This document shows positions 1 to 7,986 of a stretch of 25,258 nt of DNA, in pieces. The position numbers were made by a program, and so were the translations under genes. Source of the stretch: Elusimicrobiota bacterium (GTDB lineage: Bacteria; Elusimicrobiota; Elusimicrobia; UBA1565). Position 1 is the stretch's first letter. Each line of letters begins with the position of its first letter. The notes below the pieces were generated by a model. It did not search any database and was not told the origin of the DNA. It saw only the letters and a list, made by a program, of their open reading frames with translations. The DNA lies in the NCBI GenBank assembly GCA_043819795.1, contig JBDREN010000069.1, positions 1 through 25,258 on the forward strand. The letters run 5' to 3'.

Positions 1-141
1 ATGGCGAAATCGCCTGGAGCGAGCCGAGCCAAGGCGCGACGAGGGAGCATCCCTCGACGGGATGTGACCGAGGAGCAACGCAGGCGCAGGCCGCTTCCAG
101 GCGATTGCAGGCCCCGGAAGACTTTTGCCACGGGCTGCTAG
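1..141. mobile_element. Right end of a putative MITE / structured repeat (truncated by window start), ending at a CTAG that contains the phoH stop codon
   Basis: Nested inverted repeats AATCGCCTGGA (8-18)/TCCAGGCGATT (96-106) and CATCCC (48-53)/GGGATG (59-64). Ends ACTTTTGCCACGGGCTG-CTAG, resembling (from recall) IS5/IS1182-type termini with CTAG targets. Left end not visible. Confidence 0.45.
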
Positions 142-1436
142 AGCAGCTCCGCGGCGAGCCCGGCGAGCGTCGAGCGCTCGACCTTCGAGAACCAGACATG
201 GCCGTAGAGGGACTGCCCCTTGAAACGCTCGACGAGGTTGGATAGCCCGTTCGAGGCCGAGTCCAGGTAGTAGTTGTCGATCTGGTAGGGGTCGCCCGTC
301 AGCACGATCTTCGATCCGCGGCCCACGCGCGAGATGATGGTCTTGATCTCGTGCGGCGTCAGGTTCTGGGCGTCGTCGATGAGGATGTATTGGTTCGGCA
401 GGGTGCGGCCGCGGAGATAGGTCACCGCCTCCACCTCGAGCCTGCCGTCGTCGAGCATCATCTGGATGTCGACGTTGGTCTCCTCGCGCCGAGGACGGTC
501 CAGCAGGAACTCGAGGTTGTCGAAGATGGCCCCCATCCACGTGCTCAGCTTCTCCTGCTTGGTCCCGGGAAGGAAGCCTATGTCGCGGCCCACCGGGATG
601 ACCGGGCGCCCCACCATCACCCGCCGGTACGTCCTATCCCCCTCCCCCATGGCCTGCTCGAGGCCCGCGGCCAAGGCCAGCAGGGTCTTGCCCGAGCCCG
701 GCAGGCCCACGAGCGTCACCAGCTGGACATCGGGATCGAGCAGCAGCTCCAGCGCGAAGCGCTGCTCGGTGTTCAAGGGCTTCAGGCCCCACGGAGCCGA
801 GTCGGCGCGCCGGAGCGGGACCAGGGCCTTCCCCTTCGCGTCGTAGCGGGCCAGGGCGCTGGCCGACGGGTCTTCCAGTCCCTTGAGGACGGCGCATTCG
901 TTCGGCAGGAACTCGCCGGACTCCAGGCGCTTGTCTTTATAGAACCGGTTGATGTCCTCCTTGGCGACCTGAAGCTCCTTCCACCCGTCGTAAAGCTCCG
1001 CGACCTTGACCTTCTCTTTCTCGTAGTCCTGGGTCTCGATCCCGACCGCCTCGGCCTTGATGCGCAGGTTGATGTCCTTGGAGATGAACACCACATTTTC
1101 CTTCCTCTCGCGCAGGTACAGGGCGACGCTAAGGATCATGTTGTCCTTGGAGTCCATGCTGAAGGGCGCCGGCAGGCCGTTGGCGTGGACCATCTCGACC
1201 TTCAGGCTGCCGCCGTGCTCGAGCCGGACCCCGTCCGAGAGCTTCCCCTTCTTGCGCAGGCCGTCGAGAGCCCTGGCGACGAGGCGCGCGTTGCGGCCGC
1301 GCTCGTCGTTGCTGCGCTTGAAGCCGTCGAGCTCCTCGATGACCGGCAGCGGGATGGCGACCTTCGAGCCCACGAAGGCGAACATGGCCTCGGGGTCGTG
1401 GATGATGACGTTGGTGTCCAGGACGAATGTTTTCAT
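138..1436 (-). CDS. phoH: PhoH-family protein (N-terminal PIN domain + PhoH ATPase)
   Basis: PIN motif MKTFVLDTNV, Walker A GLPGSGKT, RGRT and DxAQN motifs, LTGDPYQID. Start moved to ATG 1436, which gives an ATGA overlap with the hemW stop. Confidence 0.93.
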   Translation of the reverse strand: MKTFVLDTNVIIHDPEAMFAFVGSKVAIPLPVIEELDGFKRSNDERGRNARLVARALDGLRKKGKLSDGVRLEHGGSLKVEMVHANGLPAPFSMDSKDNMILSVALYLRERKENVVFISKDINLRIKAEAVGIETQDYEKEKVKVAELYDGWKELQVAKEDINRFYKDKRLESGEFLPNECAVLKGLEDPSASALARYDAKGKALVPLRRADSAPWGLKPLNTEQRFALELLLDPDVQLVTLVGLPGSGKTLLALAAGLEQAMGEGDRTYRRVMVGRPVIPVGRDIGFLPGTKQEKLSTWMGAIFDNLEFLLDRPRREETNVDIQMMLDDGRLEVEAVTYLRGRTLPNQYILIDDAQNLTPHEIKTIISRVGRGSKIVLTGDPYQIDNYYLDSASNGLSNLVERFKGQSLYGHVWFSKVERSTLAGLAAELL

Positions 1437-2614
1437 GATTTTTCCTCGGCGAGCACGGAATGCGGAAGATCCGTCCGCGGATCCGCGGGATCTCCGATAT
1501 CGTCGTCGAAAGGAGGGACGAAGCTGCGGAAGACCTCGTTGGCCCAAAAGACCCCCTCCGCGCTCAGCCGCGCCAGGGGCGGACGCTCCGAACGCTCGGC
1601 GGCCTCTTGGACCACGAGACCGCGCTCGATCAGCCGCTTGAGTTCCCCGCGGAAGGCCGTCCGCATCTCCCTGGTCAGCGGGACGCCGTCGATCAGCCTG
1701 AGCCCCAGCATCAGCGTCTCCCCGAGCTTCTCCTTGCCCTCAAGGCGCTCCTGATGGGCGACGGGGCGCCGCCCGTCCTCGACGCGCTCCAGATACCGCT
1801 TCAGGCGGTCCTCGTTCTGATAGCGCGCGCCGTCCATATAGCCCGCCGCCCCGCAGCCCAGCCCGAGATAGGGGCCGTCAAGCCAATAGTTGATGTTATG
1901 AACGGACTCCTTGCCGGGCCGCGCGAAGTTCGAGATTTCGTAGTGCTTGAACCCGGCCTCGCGCAGCCGTTGGATCGAAGCCTCCATCATATCGCGCGCG
2001 AACCCGTCGTCCACGTCCACCCGGCGCTTGGCGAAGAGCGTCCGGTCCTCCACCTGCAGGCCGTAGAGCGAGAGGTGGTCGGGCCCCAGGTCCAGTATCC
2101 GGTCCAGGCTCTCCAGCGCCTCGGCTTGGCTCTGGCCCGGAAGCCCGAACATGAGGTCCACGTTCACCGACAGGCCGCGCGCCCGGGCTTCGCGATAGAC
2201 GCGCGCGAAGTCCGCCCACGTGTGCTTGCGTCCGATTTCCTTAAGGAGGCGGTCCTGGGTGGTCTGCAGGCCGAAGCTCACGCGGCTCACCCCCCCGCGC
2301 CGCAAGACGTCCAGCTTGGAGGCATCGGCGCTCTCGGGGCTGGCCTCGATCGTCGCCTCGCGCAGGGAAGCCAAGTCCCCGTAGCGGTCCGAAAGGCCCC
2401 GCAGCAGCATGTCGAGCTCGACGGCCGTGAGCTCGCTCGGCGTCCCCCCGCCGATGTAGAGGGTCTCGGGACGGAGGCTCGGATAGAGGACGGCCTCCCG
2501 CAGAAGGGCCCTCACGTAGCGCTCGGCCGCGCCTCCCTGCCCCGAAAAGGCGACGAAGTCGCAGTAGAAGCACTTGACCGAACAGAACGGTATATGGACG
2601 TAAAGCCCGATCAT
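1433..2614 (-). CDS. hemW: Radical SAM heme chaperone HemW (HemN-like)
   Basis: LYVHIPFCSVKCFYCDF (CxxxCxxC), YIGGGTPS, HYEISNFA, HNINYW. ATG at 2614 preferred over the upstream TTG. Confidence 0.92.
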   Translation of the reverse strand: MIGLYVHIPFCSVKCFYCDFVAFSGQGGAAERYVRALLREAVLYPSLRPETLYIGGGTPSELTAVELDMLLRGLSDRYGDLASLREATIEASPESADASKLDVLRRGGVSRVSFGLQTTQDRLLKEIGRKHTWADFARVYREARARGLSVNVDLMFGLPGQSQAEALESLDRILDLGPDHLSLYGLQVEDRTLFAKRRVDVDDGFARDMMEASIQRLREAGFKHYEISNFARPGKESVHNINYWLDGPYLGLGCGAAGYMDGARYQNEDRLKRYLERVEDGRRPVAHQERLEGKEKLGETLMLGLRLIDGVPLTREMRTAFRGELKRLIERGLVVQEAAERSERPPLARLSAEGVFWANEVFRSFVPPFDDDIGDPADPRTDLPHSVLAEEKS

Positions 2615-2650
2615 GGCTCGTCCCCGCCCGCCTGACCCGCCCAATCGACC

Positions 2651-3403
2651 CTAGTCGGCGCCTCCGGCCCTCGGCATGAAGGCCTTGATGAGGTCCATCG
2701 GCAGCGGGAAGACCACCGTGGAGTTCTTGTCCACGGAGATCTCGGTCAGGGTCTGCAGGTAGCGCAGCTGAATGGCGGCCGGGTCCCTGCTGATGATCAC
2801 CGCGGCCTGGGACAGCTTCTCGGAGGCCTGGAGCTCGCCTTCCGCGTGGATTACCTTCGCGCGGCGCTCTCGCTCGGCCTCGGCCTGTTTGGCCATGGCC
2901 CGCTGCATGGACTCGGGGAGGTCGACGTTCTTGACCTCGACCTTCGAGACCTTCACGCCCCACGGCTCGGTATCCTGGTCGAGGATCTGCTGCAGCTCCA
3001 TGTTGATCTTCTCGCGGTTGCTGAGCAGGTCGTCGAGGTCCATCTTGCCGAGCACGCTGCGCAGCGTGGTCTGGGCCAGCTGGCTGGTGGCGTAGTAGAA
3101 GTTCTCGACCTGGAGCACCGCCTTGCCGGCGTCCATCACGCGATAGTACACGACCGCGTTCACCTTCACCGTCACGTTGTCCCGGGTGATGATGTCCTGC
3201 GGCGGGACGTCCAGGACGATGGTCCGCAGGCTGATGCGGTTCATCTGCTGGATGCCCGGGAAAAGGATGATCAGGCCGGGTCCCTTGATGCCGGAGAAGC
3301 GCCCGAGCGTGAAGACGACGCCGCGCTCGTACTCCTTGAGGATCTTGATACAGGTGAACGCGAGGATGACGACGATCACTACTATCGGAGAAAGACCGAA
3401 CAT
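2651..3403 (-). CDS. SPFH/band-7 stomatin-like (slipin) membrane protein
   Basis: N-terminal TM segment, [57 protein letters not shown] upstream. Confidence 0.95.
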   Translation of the reverse strand: MFGLSPIVVIVVILAFTCIKILKEYERGVVFTLGRFSGIKGPGLIILFPGIQQMNRISLRTIVLDVPPQDIITRDNVTVKVNAVVYYRVMDAGKAVLQVENFYYATSQLAQTTLRSVLGKMDLDDLLSNREKINMELQQILDQDTEPWGVKVSKVEVKNVDLPESMQRAMAKQAEAERERRAKVIHAEGELQASEKLSQAAVIISRDPAAIQLRYLQTLTEISVDKNSTVVFPLPMDLIKAFMPRAGGAD

Positions 3404-3478
3404 GGCATGAACCTCCCGCGGGGAATAGCCTCAACGACGGCTCATTGTCCCATAAAACCCCTGTTTAGGCAAGCAGTC

Positions 3479-3505
3479 AGCGCCGGAGGCTTGCCCTCCG
3501 GCGCT
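3479..3505. repeat. Perfect 11-bp inverted repeat in the divergent spfh/era intergenic region
   Basis: AGCGCCGGAGG-cttgc-CCTCCGGCGCT. Confidence 0.8.
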
Positions 3506-3561
3506 CAGTCCTCTGCGTTATCGAGGATTCCGTCGGAAGAATGTCGTTCTTACTCCATCTT

Positions 3562-3570
3562 TGATACCAT
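3562..3570 (+). promoter_or_regulatory. Extended -10 element for era (probably leaderless transcript)
   Basis: TG-a-TACCAT ends 6 nt before the era ATG; no Shine-Dalgarno. Confidence 0.55.
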
Positions 3571-3576
3571 CCCTGT

Positions 3577-4494
3577 ATGAGCAAGCCGCCGCAGTCCCCG
3601 TTCAAGTCCGGGTTCGTGGCCCTGATCGGCCCCCCGAACGCCGGCAAGTCCACGCTGCTCAACGCGCTCCTCAAGTTCCCGCTTTCGATCGTCTCGCCGA
3701 AGCCGCAGACCACGCGCCACAAGCTGGTGGGCATCCTGAACGGCAAGGGCTGGCAGCTCTGCCTGCTGGACACCCCGGGCTGGCTCGAGCGCGCCGAGGA
3801 CAAGCTCCAGGACGCGCTCATCCACGCCACGCACGGCGCCGTGCGGCAGGACGCGGACATCATCGTGCTGCTGGTCGCGCCCTCGCCCCCGGCCCCCGAG
3901 ACGCTCGCCGGGCTCGGCAGGCTGGCGGCGCGAGGCAAGCCCCTGATCCTCGCCGTCAACAAGGTGGACAAGGCCGGCCTCCGCAAGGCGGAGTCCGTCG
4001 CGGCGCTCTACGCCAAGGAGCTGCCCGTCTCAGGGACGCACATCCTGAGCGCGCTCAAAGGCGACGGCGTCGACGCCCTGCTCACCGCGATCGTAAAGAG
4101 CCTCCCGGAGTCCCCCGCCTATTACGGGACGGACCAGCTCTCGGACCGATGGGAGCGCTTCTTCGCGGCCGAGATCGTCCGTGAGGAGATCTTCAACCAG
4201 TACCACGAGGAGATCCCGCACGCGAGCGCGGTCGTCCTCGAGGAGTTCCGGGAGCGCGCGGGCCGCAAGGACAGCATCCGCGTCACGGTCTACGTGGAGC
4301 GCCCCCCGCAGAAGGCGATCCTGATCGGCAAGAACGGCAAGGCGATCAGCGAGCTGCGCAAGGCGAGCCTGAAGGCTATCGAGGCTTTCCTCGGCCGGAG
4401 AGCGGAGCTGGAGATATGGGTCAAGGTCCGAAAGAACTGGCGCAAGGATCCCCGGTCCATCAAGGAGTTCGGCTACACTTCTAGGGTGTCTTGA
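3577..4494 (+). CDS. era: GTPase Era
   Basis: GFVALIGPPNAGKSTLLN, PKPQTTR, DTPG, NKVD, EEIPH, C-terminal KH domain ending WVKVRKNWR. Confidence 0.97.
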   Translation: MSKPPQSPFKSGFVALIGPPNAGKSTLLNALLKFPLSIVSPKPQTTRHKLVGILNGKGWQLCLLDTPGWLERAEDKLQDALIHATHGAVRQDADIIVLLVAPSPPAPETLAGLGRLAARGKPLILAVNKVDKAGLRKAESVAALYAKELPVSGTHILSALKGDGVDALLTAIVKSLPESPAYYGTDQLSDRWERFFAAEIVREEIFNQYHEEIPHASAVVLEEFRERAGRKDSIRVTVYVERPPQKAILIGKNGKAISELRKASLKAIEAFLGRRAELEIWVKVRKNWRKDPRSIKEFGYTSRVS

Positions 4495-4545
4495 ATATAT
4501 GCTTAAGTGTATTTGAAGGCCAAGACACATCGGAGGCGGTGAACC

Positions 4546-4806
4546 ATGGAAGAGAAGAACACGCAGACCACGAAGGGCTTCGCAGGGCTCGCCATCGCGG
4601 TGACGGGAGTGATCATCGGGACGGCGATCGGGATCCTGACCGCGCCGTTCAAGGGCAAAGAGTCCCGCGAGAAGGTCGGCGACTGGTGCAAGGACGCGAA
4701 GCAGAAGTGGTCCGAGCACTGCTGCAAGAAGGATCAGGCCGTCGACACGAAAGAAGCGGCCACGAAGACGAACAGCAAGACGAGCGAAGAGACCGTCGCG
4801 ACCTGA
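4546..4806 (+). CDS. Small YtxH-like membrane-anchored protein
   Basis: GVIIGTAIGILTAPFKGKESRE matches the YtxH G..G....LL.AP..G.E.R pattern; GGAGG RBS upstream. Confidence 0.75.
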   Translation: MEEKNTQTTKGFAGLAIAVTGVIIGTAIGILTAPFKGKESREKVGDWCKDAKQKWSEHCCKKDQAVDTKEAATKTNSKTSEETVAT

Positions 4807-4863
4807 ATTCGCTCGGCGGGAGGCTCCCAACGCGAAGCCCTCGCCGTAGCGAGATCTTATCGG

Positions 4864-4900
4864 TCCTGAATGTCGGGCGCCGCGCGCCCGACATTCAGGA
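4864..4900. repeat. Perfect 17-bp-stem palindrome (REP-like)
   Basis: TCCTGAATGTCGGGCGC-cgc-GCGCCCGACATTCAGGA; no U-tract directly after the stem. Confidence 0.85.
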
Positions 4901-4965
4901 GATTCTTCCGTTCCTTCCTCAGCAGTCCGCTCCCGACATTGCGGGTCGACCGCTACTGCCCCCTT

Positions 4966-4994
4966 TTGACGAAATAGACGTAATTTGCTAAAAT
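4966..4994 (+). promoter_or_regulatory. Sigma70-type promoter of the adh-rib-nusB operon
   Basis: TTGACG (4966-4971), 17-nt spacer, TAAAAT (4989-4994) preceded by TGn; AT-rich island in GC-rich DNA. Confidence 0.8.
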
Positions 4995-5009
4995 TTATCA
5001 GTTCTTTTT

Positions 5010-6059
5010 ATGAAAGCCCTCCTGTATGAAGGACCGCGCAAGGTCCGCCTCCAAGACGTCGGTGTCCCCGCGATAGGGGAAGGCGAGGTCCTTCTGGCCG
5101 TAGAGGCCTGCGCCCTCTCCGCCTCCGACGTCGCCAAGATCGACTCCAACATCCGCGGTCTCCCGGTCTCTCTCGGGCACGAGGTATCCGGACGCATCGC
5201 CGAGCTGGGCCCCGGCGTCGAGGGGTTCCGCCAAGGAGCGCGCGTCGTCGTCTCCCCGCAGGTTCCGTGCCTCGAATGCCACTACTGCCGCAAGGGCGAC
5301 GAGTCGATGTGCCGGGAGTTCAAGCGCAGCGGGCTCGAGCCGGGAGGGTTCTCCCAGTTCGTCCGCGTGTCGGCGCGCCACGTCGAGCGCGTCATGCTCC
5401 CCATCCCGGCCAAGACCGGCTTCGTCCAGGCCGCGATGACCGAGCCCGTGGCCCGCTGCCTGCGCAACGTGCGGCGGCTCGGGATCGGGGACGGCGACTG
5501 CGCGATCGTGGTGGGTCTCGGGTTCACGGGCCTTCTGGCCGTCCAGGCCTTGCTCCGGCGGGACGTCCGCGTGCTAGGGCTCGACGCCGACCCGGCCCGC
5601 GTCCGCCTCGCCCAGAAGTTCGGGGTGGAGCACGCCTACACCGGCAAGGACGGACGCACCCAGCAGATCATCGGCTCGCTCACGCAGAACCGGGGGGCCG
5701 ACGCCGTGGTCTTCACGGACGGCCCGCCGTCGCTGGTGTCCCGGAGGCTCGACTGGGTGCGCGACGGCGGGATCGTCAACCTCTCCGCAGCCTATGACGG
5801 CGACCCGGCCGCCTCGGCCTCGCTCGACTTCGCCGCGGTCAGCCGCCGAGAGATCACCGTGACGTCGGGCCACTCGCCTTCGATCGCCGACCTGCGCGAG
5901 GCGCGCCGCCTCATCGCCTCGGGCGGGATCAACGTCGCGCCCTTCGCGAAGCACACGTTCCCCCTGGACCGTTATGAGGAGGCCCTGCGCCAGCTGCGCG
6001 GGCACGAGATCGTCAAGGCCGTCCTCCTGCCCCAGAAATGCTCGACGGAGGCCGCGTGA
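5010..6059 (+). CDS. Zn-binding medium-chain dehydrogenase/reductase (sorbitol/threonine DH-like), atypical catalytic site
   Basis: GHE motif, structural Zn CLECHYCRKGDESMC, Rossmann GLGFTG; the usual first catalytic Cys position is Ser (ALSASD). Confidence 0.88.
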   Translation: MKALLYEGPRKVRLQDVGVPAIGEGEVLLAVEACALSASDVAKIDSNIRGLPVSLGHEVSGRIAELGPGVEGFRQGARVVVSPQVPCLECHYCRKGDESMCREFKRSGLEPGGFSQFVRVSARHVERVMLPIPAKTGFVQAAMTEPVARCLRNVRRLGIGDGDCAIVVGLGFTGLLAVQALLRRDVRVLGLDADPARVRLAQKFGVEHAYTGKDGRTQQIIGSLTQNRGADAVVFTDGPPSLVSRRLDWVRDGGIVNLSAAYDGDPAASASLDFAAVSRREITVTSGHSPSIADLREARRLIASGGINVAPFAKHTFPLDRYEEALRQLRGHEIVKAVLLPQKCSTEAA

Positions 6060-7219
6060 GGAGCGCCGACGCCCGGTTCATGCGCCGGGCACTGACTCTC
6101 GCCGGACGCGGCCTCGGCCGGGTGAGCCCGAACCCGATGGTCGGCTGCGTCCTGGTCAAAGGCGGCCGCGTGGTCGCCGAGGGCTGGCATCGGCGCTTCG
6201 GGGGTCCGCACGCCGAGCCGGACGCGCTGCGCCGCGCCGGAGCCCGGGCGCGCGGCGCGACCGTCTATATCAACCTCGAGCCCTGCTGTTACCGCGGCAA
6301 GACCCCGCCTTGCACCGAGGCGCTGATCCGCGCCGGCGTGCGCCGCGTCGTGGCGGCTATGACGGACCCGAACCCGAAGGTCTCCGGCAAGGGCCTGGCG
6401 ACGCTCCGGCGCGCCGGCATCGCCGTCACCACGGGCGTGCTCGAGGACGAGGCCCGCGCCCTTAACCGGGCGTTCGCCACCTGGGTGACCCGGAAGCGCC
6501 CGTACGTGATCCTGAAGGCCGCGACGAGCCTCGACGGCCGCATCGAGACCTCGGCCCGCCGGTCCAAGTGGATCACCTCGCCCGAAGCGCGCGCCTTGAG
6601 CCGGCGCATGCGCGCCGGAGTGGACGCGATCCTGGTCGGGGTCGGGACCGTGCTGGCCGACGACCCCCACCTGACAGCCTCCCCGGAGGGGAGCGGTGCC
6701 CGGCCCCATACGAAATTGCGAGGGGGCCGTGGTGCGGCCTCCCCGGAGGGGCGCCGCGACCCGATCCGCGTCATCCTGGACTCGAGACTGAGGATCCCGC
6801 TCCGCTCCAAGGCGCTGACCGGACCCGGCCGCGCGATCATCGCGACAGCGGTCGCGCCGAACGGACGCGTCGCGGCATCGGAGGCGGTCCATTGTATTCG
6901 CGTCCCGCGCCGGAAAGGCGGCCTGGACCTGCGGGCGCTCCTCAAAAAGCTCGCCGCCGAAGGGATCGCGTCTCTACTCGTGGAGGGCGGCAGCCGGGTG
7001 CATACGGCGTTCCTCGAGGCCGGCCTGGTCGACGAGCTGCGCCTGTTCATGGCCCCGCGCCTGATCGGCGGTGCGGCGGCGCGCACGTTTTTCGAGGGCA
7101 GGGGTTTTCGCACGCTGGACGCTTCGCCGAGGCTGGCCGAGATCGACGTGCGCCGCGTGGGGCCGGACCTGCTGGTGACGGGGAGGATAACGAAAGGAAA
7201 ACCAGGAAGGAAAACCTGA
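6056..7219 (+). CDS. ribD: Bifunctional riboflavin deaminase/reductase RibD
   Basis: SPNPMVG, HAE, LEPCC..GKTPPC, SLDG, WITS, LVGVGTVLADDP, LLVEGG. GTG at 6056 with GGAGG upstream and GTGA overlap with the previous stop. Confidence 0.96.
   Translation: MRSADARFMRRALTLAGRGLGRVSPNPMVGCVLVKGGRVVAEGWHRRFGGPHAEPDALRRAGARARGATVYINLEPCCYRGKTPPCTEALIRAGVRRVVAAMTDPNPKVSGKGLATLRRAGIAVTTGVLEDEARALNRAFATWVTRKRPYVILKAATSLDGRIETSARRSKWITSPEARALSRRMRAGVDAILVGVGTVLADDPHLTASPEGSGARPHTKLRGGRGAASPEGRRDPIRVILDSRLRIPLRSKALTGPGRAIIATAVAPNGRVAASEAVHCIRVPRRKGGLDLRALLKKLAAEGIASLLVEGGSRVHTAFLEAGLVDELRLFMAPRLIGGAAARTFFEGRGFRTLDASPRLAEIDVRRVGPDLLVTGRITKGKPGRKT
6677..6751. repeat. 15-bp direct repeat (period 60 nt) flanking a hairpin, in frame within ribD
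   Basis: GCCTCCCCGGAGGGG at 6677-6691 and 6737-6751; internal CGGCCCC...GGGGCCG. Confidence 0.85.
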
Positions 7220-7251
7220 TGGAAGAATATCTGCCCCCTCGACGAATCGCA

Positions 7252-7274
7252 ATCCCTCCCCGTGGGGGAGGGAT
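7252..7274. repeat. 10-bp-stem palindrome between ribD and ribE
   Basis: ATCCCTCCCC-gtg-GGGGAGGGAT. Confidence 0.75.
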
Positions 7275-7301
7275 GCGTGCATGGGGGAGGAACGCGGATT
7301 A

Positions 7302-7931
7302 ATGTTCACGGGGATCATACAGAAGATGGGGACCGTGGCCGCGAACCGGGCCCGGCGCTCCGGCGCGCGCGGCCGGAGCGAGTGGTCCACGCGTGGGGGC
7401 CGCGTCCTGAGCGTGCGAGCCGGCCTCGGACGCTTGCCCCGCGGGGCGAGCGTCGCCATCAACGGCACTTGCCTGACTGTGACGCGACGACGCGACCGGA
7501 CGCTCGACTTCGACGTCAGCCAGGAGACCCTGCGCCTCACCAATCTGGGCCGCCTGCGGCCCGGGGACGCGGTGAACCTGGAGACGCCGCTGAAGGCCTC
7601 TGACTTCATCGGGGGGCACTGGGTCAGCGGCCACGTGGACGCCTGCGGCCCGGTCCTCGAGCGGGAGGACCTGTCCGGCGGGTTCGTCCGGATGCGCGTC
7701 CGCCTGCCGCGGGGCCTGCGGAGGTTCGTCGCCCTCAAGGGCTCGATCGCGGTGGATGGGACGAGCCTGACCGTCACCGGCGTCGGCCGGGACTGGTTCG
7801 AGACCGTGCTCATCCCCGAGACGCTTCAGAAGACCACGCTCGGCGCGCGCCGTCCGGGCGATCCCGTCAATCTCGAGGTGGACTTGATGGCGCGCTACAT
7901 AGTCAACGTCCTCAAGGGGCTCAAGAGATGA
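7302..7931 (+). CDS. ribE: Riboflavin synthase (alpha chain)
   Basis: Invariant N-terminus [44 protein letters not shown]. Confidence 0.96.
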   Translation: MFTGIIQKMGTVAANRARRSGARGRSEWSTRGGRVLSVRAGLGRLPRGASVAINGTCLTVTRRRDRTLDFDVSQETLRLTNLGRLRPGDAVNLETPLKASDFIGGHWVSGHVDACGPVLEREDLSGGFVRMRVRLPRGLRRFVALKGSIAVDGTSLTVTGVGRDWFETVLIPETLQKTTLGARRPGDPVNLEVDLMARYIVNVLKGLKR

Positions 7932-7986
7932 CCGAAGCATTTGCGGCCAAATGCGAGGAAATGGTTGAGGCAAGGAGACGAATACC

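Noticed and set aside
5010..6059. Calling the MDR enzyme threonine dehydrogenase (tdh) as partner of kbl
   Set aside because: 11 kb away in another operon, and it lacks the catalytic Cys of the ICGTD motif.
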